Assembly (NCBI RefSeq): GCF_009914755.1
Contig: NC_060936.1
Source: the human T2T-CHM13v2.0 reference genome, Homo sapiens
Strand: one strand, 5' to 3'
Length of the DNA stretch: 64,000 bases
Part shown: positions 61,896 through 64,000 of the stretch, one piece after another
Numbering within the stretch: position 1 is the stretch's first letter
How the letters are laid out: each line of letters begins with the position of its first letter
The notes under the pieces: model-generated
What the model saw: only the letters and a program-made list of their open reading frames with translations
Told to the model about the DNA's origin: nothing
The model's database searches: none
Program-made: the position numbers and the translations under genes

Positions 61896-62726
61896 AGAAA
61901 TAGACCCTTCTGCATTCTTTTCTAGGAGTCTGTGTTTCTGTGTCATAATATTTATTGCATTAAATTGGAATTACCTCCCTTGCCTGTAAAACTATATACT
62001 TTTTAGGGCTTGGAAATGTCTTGATGAACCAATAATTGTTAAATGAATGAAGGAAAACAAGCATCCTACAAATTTTAACCAAAGCAAAAATATTACTGTA
62101 TTTTACTTTAACTCTCCAGAAAAAATTTATGTCTAGTTAAAATCTTAGGATAAATTCTATGTAATTACTTGAATTCAGTGTTAGGATTGGCATTTGCTGA
62201 AACTAAAACATCTTATCTATTTTTTAATTGAAAATTTATTAATTTAATTTATGTAATGGCGCTAGTATTACATGTTTAATGTGAAAAATGAGAAGTATAG
62301 TTCATGAAAAATAGCACAAGTCACAAAAGAATCTACCTTCCCGAAATATCCAAAGTTAGGATTGGTTTACGTTTTTCTAGACATTCTCTATGTATGATTG
62401 GCAACAGCAATATCTAGCACTTTAGCCATTTTCTAACTTGGATGCATTTCTTATGGAGAGAGAAATAAATCTTTGAGGTATTATACCTGCTATCTGGTTT
62501 ATGATTATTTAACTTTTTACATTGTAGCAGGGTTTGAGTCCAATGGGCAACACAGTGTTTTAAATCCAAGGTCAAAGTCAGCTCTATAAGCATAACTGCA
62601 GAAGGTAAGGACTGGAGCGATCACTTCTCAAGCATCCTTGTGAACAGTTTTCCTTATAGTTGCTCTGGTTGGTATGCCCTGTTCCTCCTTCTGATGCTTG
62701 TCTAACCTTATATAAAATCCAACTTA

Positions 62727-63033
62727 TTTATTTATTTATTTATTTATTTGAGACAGAGTCTCACTCTGTCACCCAGGCTGGAGGGCAGTTGTGTGATCTC
62801 GGCTCACTGCAACCTCCTCCTCCCGGGTTCAAGCCGAATCTCCTGCCTCAGCCTCCAGAGTAGCTGGGATTACAGGCACATGCGACCACACCCAGCTGAT
62901 TTTTGTATTTTTAGTAGAGACAGGGTTTCACCATGTTGGCCAGGCTGGTCTCAGACTCCTGACCTCAGGTGATCTGCCCACCTCAGCCTCCCAAGGTGCT
63001 GGGATTACAGGCGTGAGCCACCACACCCAGGCC
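62727..63033 (-). mobile_element. AluS-type SINE
   Basis: (TTTA)n tail, dimer, CCAACTTA flanks. Confidence 0.95.
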
Positions 63034-63059
63034 CAACTTAGCTTTTAAGTCTAAATGAC

Positions 63060-63320
63060 ACTTTTATGAAGCTTTCTCTGTATCTGTAGTGGAAATTAAT
63101 AACTCCATTCTCCTCGCTGCTCTACAGAGTTGTTTATAATTCTCTTTGGAATTTATCATGTTATGCCTTGCATTATGACAATTTATAAATCTTTTCTGTC
63201 TCCTCAGCTATTTTACAAGCTCACAAAGGCAAAGATCTTATCATTCATTTTTATATCCCTTCACCATTGAGCAGAGCTCTTTGACCATAATAAACAGTCT
63301 ATAGTTGCTGAATGAATTAA
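63060..63320 (+). mobile_element. L2 LINE 3' end
   Basis: TGAAGCTTTCTCTG...AAGCTCACAAAGGCAAAGA...GTTGCTGAATGAAT tail. Confidence 0.65.
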
Positions 63321-63661
63321 TCACTTAGTGTTAAGTGTTGTGCCATGGTTTAGATTTAATCACAAACTATAAGGAGGTTATTAATCATATCTTGGTATTT
63401 AGTACCAAACTGTAATGTTCATTAACTATCCATAAGTGTAAAAAAATGTGAATAGACAAGATATTACTTTGTTGATATTGTGATAGATTCTTCCAATTAC
63501 ATGTCCTGAAACATGTTATATTTGCAGTAAAAAATGCTAAAAGGCTGGCTGTAATAAAACACACAGCTTAAAATGTATGAGTTCAATAAAGAGCTATGCT
63601 AATTAAAAGCACTACATTTTTAGAATAGTTTATTCATCACTGAAATGAATAACTATCAGTA

Positions 63662-63954
63662 TTTTTTTTTTTGAGACAGAGTCTCGCTCTGTCCCCCTGG
63701 CTGGAGTGTAGTGGGGTGATCTCGGCTCGCTGCAACCTTTGCCTCGCAGGTTCAAGTGATTCTCGTGCCTTAGCCTCCCTGGAGTAGCTGGGATTACAGA
63801 AGCCTGCCACCATGTCTGGCTAATTTTTGTATGTTTAGTAGAGACAGACTTTGCCATGTTGGCCAGGCTGGTTTCGAACTCCTTACCTCAGGTTGTCTGC
63901 CCGCCTTGGCCTCCCTAAGTGCTGGGATTACAGGCGTGAGCCACGTGCCCTGCC
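63662..63954 (-). mobile_element. AluS-type SINE
   Basis: Poly-T then dimer; TATCAGT flanks. Confidence 0.95.
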
Positions 63955-64000
63955 AATATCAGTGTTTCTAATACACACTCTATGGTTGATATGTCAAGAA

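Overview
AT-rich, CpG-poor primate (most likely human) genomic DNA lying inside a large + strand gene. Two short coding exons (46317-46434 and 47079-47131) splice in frame to IYTDWANHYLAKSGHKRLIKDLQQDIADGVLLAEIIQII-ANEKVEDINGCPRSQSQM, the N-terminal half of the calponin-homology domain of neuron navigator 3 (NAV3). The rest is intron filled with Alu, L1, L2, MIR, MaLR/ERVL LTRs, Tigger1, MER elements and microsatellites. Apart from these exons and L1 ORF2 remnants, the ORF track is noise. I cannot show a new multi-gene system. The best leads are: (1) a candidate recursive-splicing site T16AG|GTAAGA at 53423; (2) a CpG-retaining element near 31.6 kb that could be an in-phase alternative first exon (MVLQ), with a nearby CTCF motif; (3) two L1PA copies 47 kb apart that share non-consensus variants, suggesting gene conversion; (4) a twin-primed L1 inversion; (5) several locally templated duplications and a perfect 19-bp-arm hairpin. 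Repeat subfamily names and consensus comparisons are from memory, and old-repeat boundaries are approximate.
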